A DNA stretch of 64,000 bases from the human T2T-CHM13v2.0 reference genome, Homo sapiens, in NCBI RefSeq assembly GCF_009914755.1, contig NC_060929.1. One strand, given 5' to 3'. This document shows positions 38,901 to 49,849 of this stretch, piece by piece. Position 1 is the stretch's first letter, and each line of letters begins with the position of its first letter. The notes beneath the pieces were generated by a model. The model was given only the letters and a program-made list of their open reading frames with translations. It ran no database searches and was not told the DNA's origin. The position numbers and the translations under genes were made by a program.

Positions 38901-40445
38901 ATTCCAGCATCCTGCCTCACTTAGGAACGCAAGTGCTCATGGACCCACCTTTGAAATAAAAGCAAACAATTCGCCACTACGTCTTCACTGTTTCACCAAC
39001 AAATCCTAAATCAATAGAGCTCATGCTGACTTCTTTCCACTGTTATAAAGTCATTCTCAAGTCAATCTCTTCCTTCCTTCCCACCATCGAATGAGCAGGC
39101 TGCTATTGGAGGGGTTTTTTTGCTCTTTCATTAAAATTTCCTTTTAGGTCTGGAAGCACATTTATGGACAGTACACACAACATCCATTTACACTCCAGAA
39201 GGTTTATGAGCCGTTCTAAGTTATCCCTCCAATAAAAAATTCTGAAAGTAGCACAATAGAGTTAATAATATTCAATGAATTGAAGAACGTGTTTCATAAT
39301 TCTTAGCAGCATGATGAAATCTCCTGACCCCTGAGTGCTTGTTCTGAGCTCCATTTTCAACATCACCTTCATTAAGGAAGATAATCTGAAGTTTTTTAAC
39401 CACGATACTCTATTTGAAGCTACGAAAGTCTACAATTAAAACTAACTTTACTTCCAGGTAATAAGCTAATTACTATACCATATATTTGTAAACTTTTGTA
39501 GAATTGTCTAGCAGCCTGATCCAAACCAAGGAGCTGAATCCCAGCATTTCCATGTGGATGTGGCTACAGGAATGATCACGCACTGGCCTCTCCTTGCACG
39601 TGGGAGGCGACCATGACCAGGGAAGTCAGAGGCCTTGCTGGGTGCCCCGTGCTCTTCCCACATCTTCTCAGGTTACACAGTGCTTAATAAATGCACATTA
39701 AAATGCAGTTTTTGAAATATTGGATCTAACAATTGTTCCTTCAGAATGCACCATGTCCTGGCACCGTACCAGGAGTGGGGCCACAGCCGAGTAAGGACAG
39801 TCCTTTCCTGGGTGCTGACGGTCCAGTAAGAAAGGCAAAGCTGTAGGAAGGTACACTGTGTGATCAGCTGGTTGCCGTCAGAGCCTGTGCAGAGCCCAGA
39901 GAATGCCAGCAAGGTGTCTCCTCTGTGTGGAGGGGCATCTCTGTGACCCGGACCCTGAGGCCGTACATCACGACATACATAGGGAAGTCCACACGCACCT
40001 CTCAGCATTCTGCCTGGAACCACCTGCTTGCCGATCCTTAAGCCATGCCTTTACAGTTCGCCCTCAATGTAAAATATGTATTTGTTTTCAAAAACTAGAA
40101 GCCTGTGTCTCCTGAAACCGGGAGATTTCTCACTGAGCTCCAGATACACTCGATAGAGACTGCTTAATGAAAAGGAGAGGGTGAGCACCATGTACCCCTG
40201 CAATTTTCTCCACACAACTGGTGTTGGAGAGAATGTGCCAAGCTGCTGATTGGTGATGACTGACAATCCTAAAATATTCCTGAAATGCACGGTCAACTTG
40301 ATAAGTCTTGCTTAAGGGTTGTTAATCTATGTGCAGCAACACACACATAACCCCTGCGCCAAAATTAGATTGTGCCGGCGAGGCATGAATCGAAGGGGTT
40401 GAGCCTGGTTATGCAATTAGAAGAGACTTGTGGGCTTTTCCAGGA

Positions 40446-40476
<31 letters not shown>

Positions 40477-40491
40477 TGTGTGTGTGTGTGT
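40446..40491. repeat. (TG)n microsatellite
   Basis: Seen directly, one interruption. Confidence 0.95.
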
Positions 40492-40759
40492 CCTAAAGGC
40501 AAAGGAAGCCTGGCAGAAAAAGAGAAAGGAGCAGGACAGAAAGAGCTGAAGATGGAACGTGTGTACTGAGCCTGTTGCTTCCGTTCAGTGCCAATCCAGG
40601 ACCTGCCACTGACCTGCCAAGGAGTCAGCTAGAAGGTGACAAGGAGAGAGTAATTTAAAGGAAATGTTTATGAAAGCCGCAGCTGTGTATTCCGTCTCCC
40701 TTTCAGACTTCTGCTTATTCTCGGAAATTTAAACTCCGTGGGACAGGGATATAAATTAT

Positions 40760-40824
40760 AAATATAGATAGAGATACAGATAATATATAGATTAGATATA
40801 GATATAGATTAGATATACAGATAG
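40760..40824. repeat. Degenerate (TAGA/TA)n microsatellite
   Basis: atatagatagagatacagatataatatatagattagatatagatatagattagatatacagatag. Confidence 0.8.
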
Positions 40825-41599
40825 TCATGGGTTTATAAACTAAAAAAGATAAGATCTCAGAAAGAAACCCAGGGCTTGGATTTTAGTTTCAGACTCAAAA
40901 AGAACAAGAGCTAGAGTTGCTTCCTGGTGCACATGTGCAGGCTCCAGGCTAAGCACAGGGGCAGTTTCCAGGGTGGCCCCACAACATTGTGCACCCTGAG
41001 GAACAGCAGAGGGTGTGGCCTGGGAGCCAAGACTGGAAGCTCAGCACCACAGTCATCATCACTACCTTTTCGTATGGCAATGGTTTGGGGCTGTATTATT
41101 TATTTTTGCAAATACTGATTCCCTTTTGCTTGTGAATTTGCCATGGAATCATTCAAGAAAAACAACTTATGCTAGCAGCAGCTCTACTTCAATCAGGAAG
41201 GACATGCTGCCATTCCAATTTGTGGAGAGAAAGTCCATATTGCTTGGAGAATTGAGCCTAGGTCCTTTGTGTTTTGCTATATGTTTGCACAAATCTTTAG
41301 CGTCCTGATGGGCACTTACTAAGGCAACTCCCTGCAGTGAGGAGGGAATCTGGGAAAGGCACCATCCAGAGCTGCTGGCTTGGGCCACTGGTCATTGCCA
41401 TGGCCTCCGTTTCCTGCATGGAATCGTTTGCGCAAAGCTGAATGAAAGCTGGCAGCAGAGGCCAGAGAGGGTGGGGGCTGCCCAGGGCATGCGGCAGAGA
41501 CAAGAGGACCTCAGCCCAGGAGAGAAAACTGGGTGCAGGATGTCTGTGCCTCAGGGAGGTTGGGGGCTGTACCTCAACAGAAGAGCATCTAGAGCAAAC

Positions 41600-41740
41600 T
41601 CCTGAACCTTGATTAACTTGGGCAAATGACAAGCCTCAGTTTCCTTGCCTGTCCTGTGGAATGTTGTGAAGACGAGATGCCTCAGGATACATACACAGAG
41701 CAGGCACTAACTAAACGCTGCAGTTGCCGTTATCATCAGC
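41600..41740 (+). mobile_element. MIR fragment
   Basis: aacttgggcaaatgac...gcctcagtttcctt...gttgtgaagac. Confidence 0.55.
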
Positions 41741-41854
41741 TGGCATCCTTACACAAGCCACTCAGGGCTTCTGCACCCTCCTGTGTCTCCTGAGAACAAA
41801 ATAGCATCAACTCAGATGAGCTGAGGAATTTTTATGACCTTTAAATGAGATGTT

Positions 41855-42150
41855 AGGTGGGCACCATGGCCCATGCTTGTCATTCCAGTATTTTGGGAGG
41901 CAGAGGCAGGAGGATCACTTGATGCCAAGACCAGCCTGGGCAACATACCAAGATTCCATTTCTACAAAAATGAATAAATAGATAAATAAACCAGTCATGC
42001 TGTTGTGCACCTGCAGTCCCAGCTACTCAGGAGGCTGAGACAGGAGGATTGCTTAAGCCCAGAAGTTCAAGGTTGCAGTGAGCTATGATCATGCCTCTGC
42101 GCTCCAGACTGGGCCACAAAGCAAGACTCTATCTCAAAAAATAATAAATA
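41855..42150 (+). mobile_element. AluJ
   Basis: ggaggatcacttga; ggaggattgcttaagcccagaagttcaagg; gagctatgatc. Flanked by taaatgaga on both sides (likely TSD). Confidence 0.9.
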
Positions 42151-43919
42151 AATGAGAAGCTGTGTTTGAAGGTGTTATGTAAACAACATACAACTAAATC
42201 TTAGCTAGTCCCACAACAGCTTGTATCAACCACAGCTGTGAATAAAATCTGCTGTAAAACAACTCAAGCCAAAGGCCCTTCCCCAGGGCAGGCCACAGGA
42301 GATATCCAAGTTTTCGTCCAAAATGCTCAACAGCACCCGGACATCTCCAGCTTCCCCCATATCACTGTTATTAATGGGCCCTAGATATTAGCCATGAAAG
42401 ACGTGTGTTTTTCAGTTAGTGGACCTATTTGGGGTCACATAAACTGTGACCTGAGGATGAATTGGCTGGGCCCAGCGCTATGTAACCCCCATGGCAGAAT
42501 GAAAGCTCTCCAGGGTCCTTGGTGGCTATCATTCCATCCAGTCTGGGTCCTGGGAGGCTCCTCCTCCTGCACCAATAAGTCAAGGAGGCCTGGGGTCAGT
42601 TGTTGAGCAGAAGCACTTGTGAGTTTCATAATAATTATCCCAATTCATCTCTGCCTGCATTCTCACCTCCCAAACATAGCCATGCCCCTGCGACCCCTGA
42701 AAACGAAATCTCCCTGAAAACCAGAGTAAACACATGTGTAATTTATTTCTTTTCTAGGACCAGGGAGCATTCACTGAGTTGTCATGCAAATGCCGTCATC
42801 AGCCACTAATTAAAGAAATAACATGTTGACGGAGAGGACACTTTCACATGCATTTGCCTATTTAACTTCTCTCGTCGAGGCCATTTATTTAAACAAATAG
42901 TAGCTAATGTTAATAAACCCGGTTTTTTCAATTTCATGAATTTCTTTTTCATCTTTGAGTTTCCTGCCCTATCAAAATGTTTGCATGCTGCCTCTCCTGA
43001 GCTGGGGGTCCTGAGAGGGCCTGGAAGATAATACAGCCCTGCAGGGGAAGCATGTGTGTGCTGTCCCAAACAGAGGCATGCTCACACCTGCAAGGGCACA
43101 CATTCAGACATGTGTGCATACATCCACACACGTGTGCACACACAGTTCTGTGCAGTTTTCGACCTTGGACAATAATGTATCTGGTGTATTTGTAAGCAGA
43201 GTTGTGAACTTCACTGACGTCATTGCTAAAAGGCCATCATTTATTCTACAGCAGAAAAAAGCCCAGAGGTTCAGCTAAAGAGTACTTAAACTTGTTCTAG
43301 AAACTTGGGTTCCCTTTGTATTTGTACCTAACGGGGACTGTACTCCTCACAGAGAGCTTTCCTACAAGTTTTACTGAAAGCATGTTTGGTTAAGCAGGCA
43401 TGAGCTTGCTCACATCCCTGCACAGTGGAGAGATGGGGCGCGTAAGTACCCACAGGGAGCTGCCAGTAGGACCTGAGCGGGGCATGGTGGTCCATCTGCG
43501 GCTTCTCCTCTCCTCCTTCTCTCAGTCACATCCCCTTCTGCTTCTCACGTTAAAAATCTTTCCATCAGCTTATGGCATTCCAAGACTTCAGGATCATTTA
43601 AATGTGTACCTTAATAAGGGCACATGTTGAAAATAAATTATAACTATCTGCATCTTAGATTGAGCTAAAAAGCATTCACAGGAAGAGGGTCTGAGAATGT
43701 GAAGAGGGTCATGTGAGTCTCCTGTGCAGGAGAGAGAGCAAAGGATGCTCACTGAGAGCCTGACTTTTGAGATTCTGAGATTGCGTGAAACACCCCGAGA
43801 ATCCCCTGTTCTACACATGAGCTGCTTCCCTGGCCCAAACACAAAGATCTTTCCTCCAGTCAGGAGGCCCAGGGACTCTGAGACAGGCAGCTGTCTGCAT
43901 CCGGGCCCTGCAGCCAGCA

Positions 43920-44230
43920 CAACACCTGCTGTGACTGTCTGCACAGCCTCTTACACCTGACTGTCTATACAAGCCTCCTGCACCTGACTGTCTACACAAG
44001 GCTCTTACCCCTGTGTACACAAGCCTCCTGCAGCTGTCTACACAAGCCTCTTACACCTGTGTACACAAGCCTCCTGCACCTGACTGTCTACACAAGCTTC
44101 CTGCACCTGACTGTCTATACAAGCCTCCTGCACCTGACTGTCTACTCGAGCCTCCTGCACCTGACTGTCTACACAAGCCTCCAGCAGATGGTTTTCTACA
44201 AGGGGCCCATGCAGCTAGTAGTCTACGCAA
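43920..44230. repeat. 27-bp minisatellite (aagcctcctgcacctgactgtctacac)n, ~10 partly deleted copies
   Basis: Seen directly. Explains the YTSLLHLTV and KPPAPDCL repeats in the ORF track. Confidence 0.95.
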
Positions 44231-46180
44231 AGCCCCAGAAGGAAGAGGTGTTTTCAGATGATAGCAATGCACCCACTGGAATCCCAGCAGGGATGAAGGA
44301 GGAGAGTGGAGCAGAAGGAAACTGGCAAAACTGGGGTTTTCCAGGGGGGTCCAGCAGCCTTGGGTTGCAGTCTTCAGGGTAGCAGTTCACCCAAAAGCCC
44401 TGGGATTTGGCAACGGTGCAGCTGTGCTGCGCTCTGGGAAGACATTCTGGTGGTGGGTGCGAGGCAGCATGGTAAAGGGAGGCTTTGGGGCAGGAGGCTG
44501 GTGTTGAGGATCCGTAAAGGGCAGAGGGTGAGCAGCAGCAGGGAATGGGAAAGGCAGGAGAAGAGGGTAAAATGAGGCCAGTGGGCAGATGAGCAGCGCT
44601 TTTTAAATTGCCATGTGTTTTCCTATCAAAACTGCTGAAAAGAAAATGCTCAATCTCATATGAGATTGTGGCTTATGACATCTGTTGTTTCTTCTTCTTC
44701 TTCCTGTAAATTCTCTCGACCTGGAGCGTAAATTACTACTTGAACATTGCATCCTTTTTGAACAAATCCGGTGTCTTCTGCAGACATACAGGGTAGCCAC
44801 AGTCAAGAAGAAGTGAGCGGATAGGGTGCCAGAGGAGGTGCTGCTCTGGGCCACATAACAGGCAAAAGACATCCAGGAGTTGTTCTAAATACACAACTCA
44901 AGATAGCAGTGGCTGCATTGCCCTGGAGCCAATGAGGACCCAGAAGAAAGCTGTCTTCCCTGTAGGTTTGAAGTGGGTTTTAATGGTCTCATTTCTAGTG
45001 CATTTAGATTCATAAGTTGGATTGCATTAGAAACACAGTGAAATCCAACAAGAAATTATTGGAAGCTCAAGTTACCATCTCATGATTCCAGTTACACTTG
45101 AGCTGAAAGTGAGAATTTTGAGGCTAATCCATCAGCCACAAGCAATGTATCCAACATGTATGCATTTGAATGTAGCTTGCACAGGTGGCTCCAAGTGCCA
45201 AATCTCATTGAAAACCCTCATGCCCAGAGCTGTTCCTTTGATTGCATCAAATTGTCTCTCCCCTTTTCTATCTGTGAACACTTAAAAACATCCTCTCAGT
45301 TGGAGAGGCTGCTTGGAGTGAGTCCACAAATATATGCTGTGTTTATTTCAGGTCAGTGCAAACCTAGCAATTCTCCCTGGACTATGAATCTTGCATCCTC
45401 GTAAGTCAAGGAGACCTCAGGGTTATATGAAAAAGTCTGGAGTCCATTTCAAGAGTGAGTGAGGCATTGTATTCTAGATCTGCCTCCTGCCATGGGAAGA
45501 GACTGTTCCAAGGATGCTGGGAAGGACCAAGTTCCACCTCATTTTGCCTGGCTGCCAGAATGCTGCCTAAATTTTCACCTGGAGGATTTTATTTCTTATT
45601 TTCTCAGCCTTGGTTCGTCAACTTTTAGAAAAAAAAAAAAAAAGTACCAATTCCTGGGTCCACTCCAAGCCCACTGAGCTCCAATCTGCTTCCCGGTGGC
45701 CCAAATGTCCAACCAGGCTTAAGGACCCTGGCTTGAGACATGAAGGCACCGAATGTGAACGGTGAGTGGCACACATGCTGACTGTCAGTAAATCCATGCT
45801 GAGCTAAAATGATCATGTTTAAATGGTAGCATTTACTTATTCATTAGAAGAGTACATGATTCAAGAGCAGGCTTTCTTAGAGAAAGGAAAGAACGGGAAG
45901 GCTTGGGAAGTCCACCAAGCGAAGAGAAATGTTGAAATCAATATTGGGATTCCTGTGCTGAAAGACAAAGTTTCTCTACTTTGTATGTTACCATAGGGTG
46001 ATTCTGGATGAACAAAGGCTGTGTAACCCTTCATCTCCATCCATAAAAGATGTTCGGATGTGTGAGTTTAGTTATGTGAATTCTGACCCAGCTTCCCCCT
46101 ACTGCACTCCAGAGCTCCAAGCTATGCATAAAGAAAAGTCTCACTTGGCAAATATTTTTCAATATGTTTCATCAATATTA

Positions 46181-46288
46181 AGTTTTCTAGATTTTGGTAA
46201 ATGAAAATTAAGAATGCCTAGTCAAATTTGGATTTCAGATAACCAACAAAAGTTAAATGTGACTGGTTGTCTTGTATTTAGCAACTCC
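46181..46288. mobile_element. MER53-like hAT MITE, internally deleted
   Basis: agatttt.gtaaatgaaaatt...atgcctagtcaaatttggatttcagataaccaac...actggttgtcttgtattt..gcaact. Confidence 0.5.
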
Positions 46289-46439
46289 GTACTTTACATA
46301 TACTTACATGTTCATGTTTGAGTATTTATATGTCATTTCTGGTTTTATTGCATTGTACTTCTATTGTACTTTTTATTTGTCTCAGATATCTAAGGTGTAC
46401 TTCTGAAATTAGGAAGGGATCTGTTTTTGTGCTACACAA

Positions 46440-46665
46440 AATGAAAACCCATAGAAAGTACAACACAAAGAGTGAACCCTAATATAAACCATGGATATAG
46501 TTAATCATAATGTGTCAATATTGGTTTATCAATTGTAACAAGTGCACACTAATGCAAGATGTGAATAATGGGAAAACCTGAGTGTCAGGTTATCTGGGAA
46601 CATGACATTTGCTATGCATTTTTCTCTAAACCCATAACTTCTCTAACAAAATATTTTTTAAAAAA
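46440..46665 (+). mobile_element. L1MC (L1MC3-like) 3' end
   Basis: aaaacccatagaa.gtacaacacaaagagtgaaccctaat; tcaatattggtttatcaattgtaacaa; cacactaatgcaagatgt. Confidence 0.75.
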
Positions 46666-49600
46666 TCAAACATACAACATGTATAAACACATGCTAATAT
46701 GTTTTATTTTCTATATGATGTAAGCAGAGTCTGGCATCCTGGGTGTGAAGTTAGAAGGAAACTGAGAATTGAGCTGAATGCCAGGCCCCATGATCCTGGT
46801 GAACTGCTGATAAGATGCTCACCAGCAACTAGTGGAGCTTGGTAAATTGTCTGAGATTTGAACTCAGAACTCAGAAGCCCAGACTGTAGCAAAAGCTACC
46901 TCTGAGTCTAGTTGTGCTGCACCGAGGTTAAAATGAAGTAGAAATTGGAACTATTAACCTCAAGGAAGAAAAAAATTCCACTCTGTGCCCTTCTCCACGT
47001 GGCCCTTTTCCCTGTGGGGCAGCTCTGAGGTCTTGCCATGCTCCTTGGCCTCCTCCCATCTGAACTGACCTTCTTACCCTATCAGCCCACGCCATGGGTT
47101 CCTAACATCTAGTGCAGTTGAAACCAACATCCCAGTCTTCCCCCAAGCCCCTGTGTCACACCTTGGCATTTACTCTTCCCAACAGCCCTCGGGTAGGTGA
47201 TGTGTGCAGGTGGGAGGATGAGGTTCAGCAGGGATGCCTGCAGCCTTGCCCTCCACTGGGCCCTGGTGAAGCACTCCAGCCCTGAGTTCACACCTGGGAT
47301 CTCCCAAATGTATGCCCTTCCCACTACCCTGGCCCCTTCTGCTGCGATTTCTGAGACCTCTTTCATCTCAGGGATTAAATTTTTAGAATTAAAACAATTC
47401 AGCTTCATAATGAAACTTTTTAATGAAAACTTTTTATGGATAAGTTATAGTGTGCATTGTGTCTTTAAATTTTAATAGAAAGCTTTGAATATGCTAGAAG
47501 AAAAATTTTTTTGGAAAATCACAAATAATTTAGTTATTTTTATTTCTTACATTTGATTTGCTATCAATTTTTGATGAAGATATATTTAAATGTATGCTTT
47601 GAGAAGGATCACTTTTTAATTTTTGAACCACTATTGTCAAAACACAAATTATGTGAAAATCTTGATTGCTACAGGATATGGAGAGATTCTATTTTTTTAA
47701 AGGCAAAATATTTCATAGGATAAATATGTACTTTATGAATTATTCTGTCTGTATTTTTTTGCAAATCCTAACATTGCTACCCCCTCAGAATAGAATGCCA
47801 GACGTACATAAGAATCATTAAATCTGGTCCTCTTTTGATATGTTGATGACTTCCATGCAAATCATGCTTTGCACGTATTTTGTGATTTCTCTCATTTGAA
47901 AACGTATTTTCCAAGGCAGGAGGATAAGCATGTTGTGTATAAGCACATTGTATCTAGCAGCTGATTTACAAGTGGTCAGTGTTCAGACACACAGGGCCTC
48001 ATTTGTCCTCTTGTCCTGGTCCCCACTGCGGCCATCTCCGGTGGATAGATGGACAGCATGCGGTGGTGGTCTGTGGAAGTGGGCCGACCACAGCCATGCC
48101 GGAACCAGCCTGACCCATGGCCTGCTCATGCCTGTGGAACCCCAAAACCTGACACAGAAGTAGCTCCGTTCATTCACGAGAGGCCTCAGGTGTGGCTCCT
48201 GGTCACTTTAACATCCACGTGGGTAGCAAGTGACAAGTAAATACAGAAAAATACCTGCATTATTGAGCAGCCATTCTCCAGCTGAGTTAGAAGAATCTTC
48301 CAGGCAGACGGATCAGTCTGTTCAGGTCAGCTGAGAAAGGAAAGAGCTCAGTGTTCAGAGGTTCAGAGAAGTGACAGGACTGGCGAGGACAGAGGGAGGA
48401 GACAGGCAGACCCTGGACACGTTTCTGTGCCCGCTGGCCTTCCTTGGCTTCATCTAACTAACAAGAAGCCCTCTGCAGAGCCTGCTACGTGGGGCCCGGT
48501 GGCACATGGAAGAGATGGGCTTTCAGGGGCAGTCATTTGGCCCACTCAGATGAGCCCCACTAGCAGGTCTCGAGTGCTGTCCTCTCCACCAAGACCACAG
48601 GAGTCGATGGTGAGCACCCACTTCCCCAGCCCCATCTCCTGCCTGTCCTGTAGGGCAACTGTCCAAAGACAGGGCTGTGGACCATGCCTGGGTGTTCACC
48701 CATCGTACTCCATCTCATGTCTACCCGTAGTAGTCATTACCTGCCCTCAAACATTCCGCCTGAGGCTGCCAGTTCTTGTAGGAAGTGGCCCCGGTGCCAG
48801 GCCAACAGCTTTCCTAGGCTTCAGAACACCGAGATGATTTCGGGCCATCACTGATCTTCACCCACCAGAGAAGTTTTTCACCAGGGGCTTTTCCTGAAGT
48901 CAAAGTAACAGCCAGGTTAAGGGAACCCCTGGCCTGGGGGTGTCCCCCTGCCCACCCCCTGCAGCCCACAGCCCACCTGTCCTGCCTGCTGACAGGTCTC
49001 CTCCCACTCCTCCCGGCCTTGTTTGCACTGGAAAGTTGGGGTGCATCGGCTGTGCACCTGAATGTGTTATTTGCTTCTGCTTAAAGATCATAAAGTCAGT
49101 AAATTGTTTAAAATATAACTCATTTGAGGGTCTAGCTCCTGCAAAGTCTGTTTGTCTTCTTTCAAAGCATGCCTTAACTCAGCCCCTTCCTTTATAAAAC
49201 AGTCCAGCTCCATAGAAATTTTAAACAAACTGTCTCTCTCCTCTGGGCTTGGACTCAGCCCCCTCCCGGTCACAGGCCTGCCTGGAAGAAGCAGGTTGGG
49301 CCCTCTCAGCCGCTTCTGTTTATATCTGGGCCCATTATCATGAAGGGCACTTTTATTTGAGGAGTTGAGTATTACATTAGCATTATAAAACAAATTGTTT
49401 TTCCATTGCTTGAGAGCCAGGGAGAATAAACCTGGACGGGCCATGGCCTCCTATTTAAATAAACTAACGTCATCCTGGGTACCAAGGAGCCTGATTCGCC
49501 CCCCCTGTTCCCCGCTTGGGCCGAGTTGTCCTCCCGGCCGCCTCTTTGGTCCCCTGGCCTCTGGGGCTCAGTGGGCTGTTCCCAGGGAAGCCTTCACCCT

Positions 49601-49849
49601 CTCTCCACCAGGGCTGTACAGTGACCCCGAGTCCAATGGCAGAAAGGATGGGGCTCATCACAGGGCCCAGGACCCCAAAGGTTACAAAGCACCCACCCCT
49701 CCCCATCTGACCCTCACCACCCCCAGCCGCACGCTTGGGCCTCCCTCCTCCTGTGCCTCCGGGACCGTCTCCCCACCTGCGGGAGGCCAGGTGTGTGGCT
49801 CCAGAGACCCTCCACCTGAACTACCCGCTCCCAGAGCCCCAGTCAGGGC

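Noticed and set aside
44013-44382. ORFs with perfect 9-aa repeats (YTSLLHLTV, KPPAPDCL)
   Set aside because: By-product of a 27-bp minisatellite whose unit is divisible by three.
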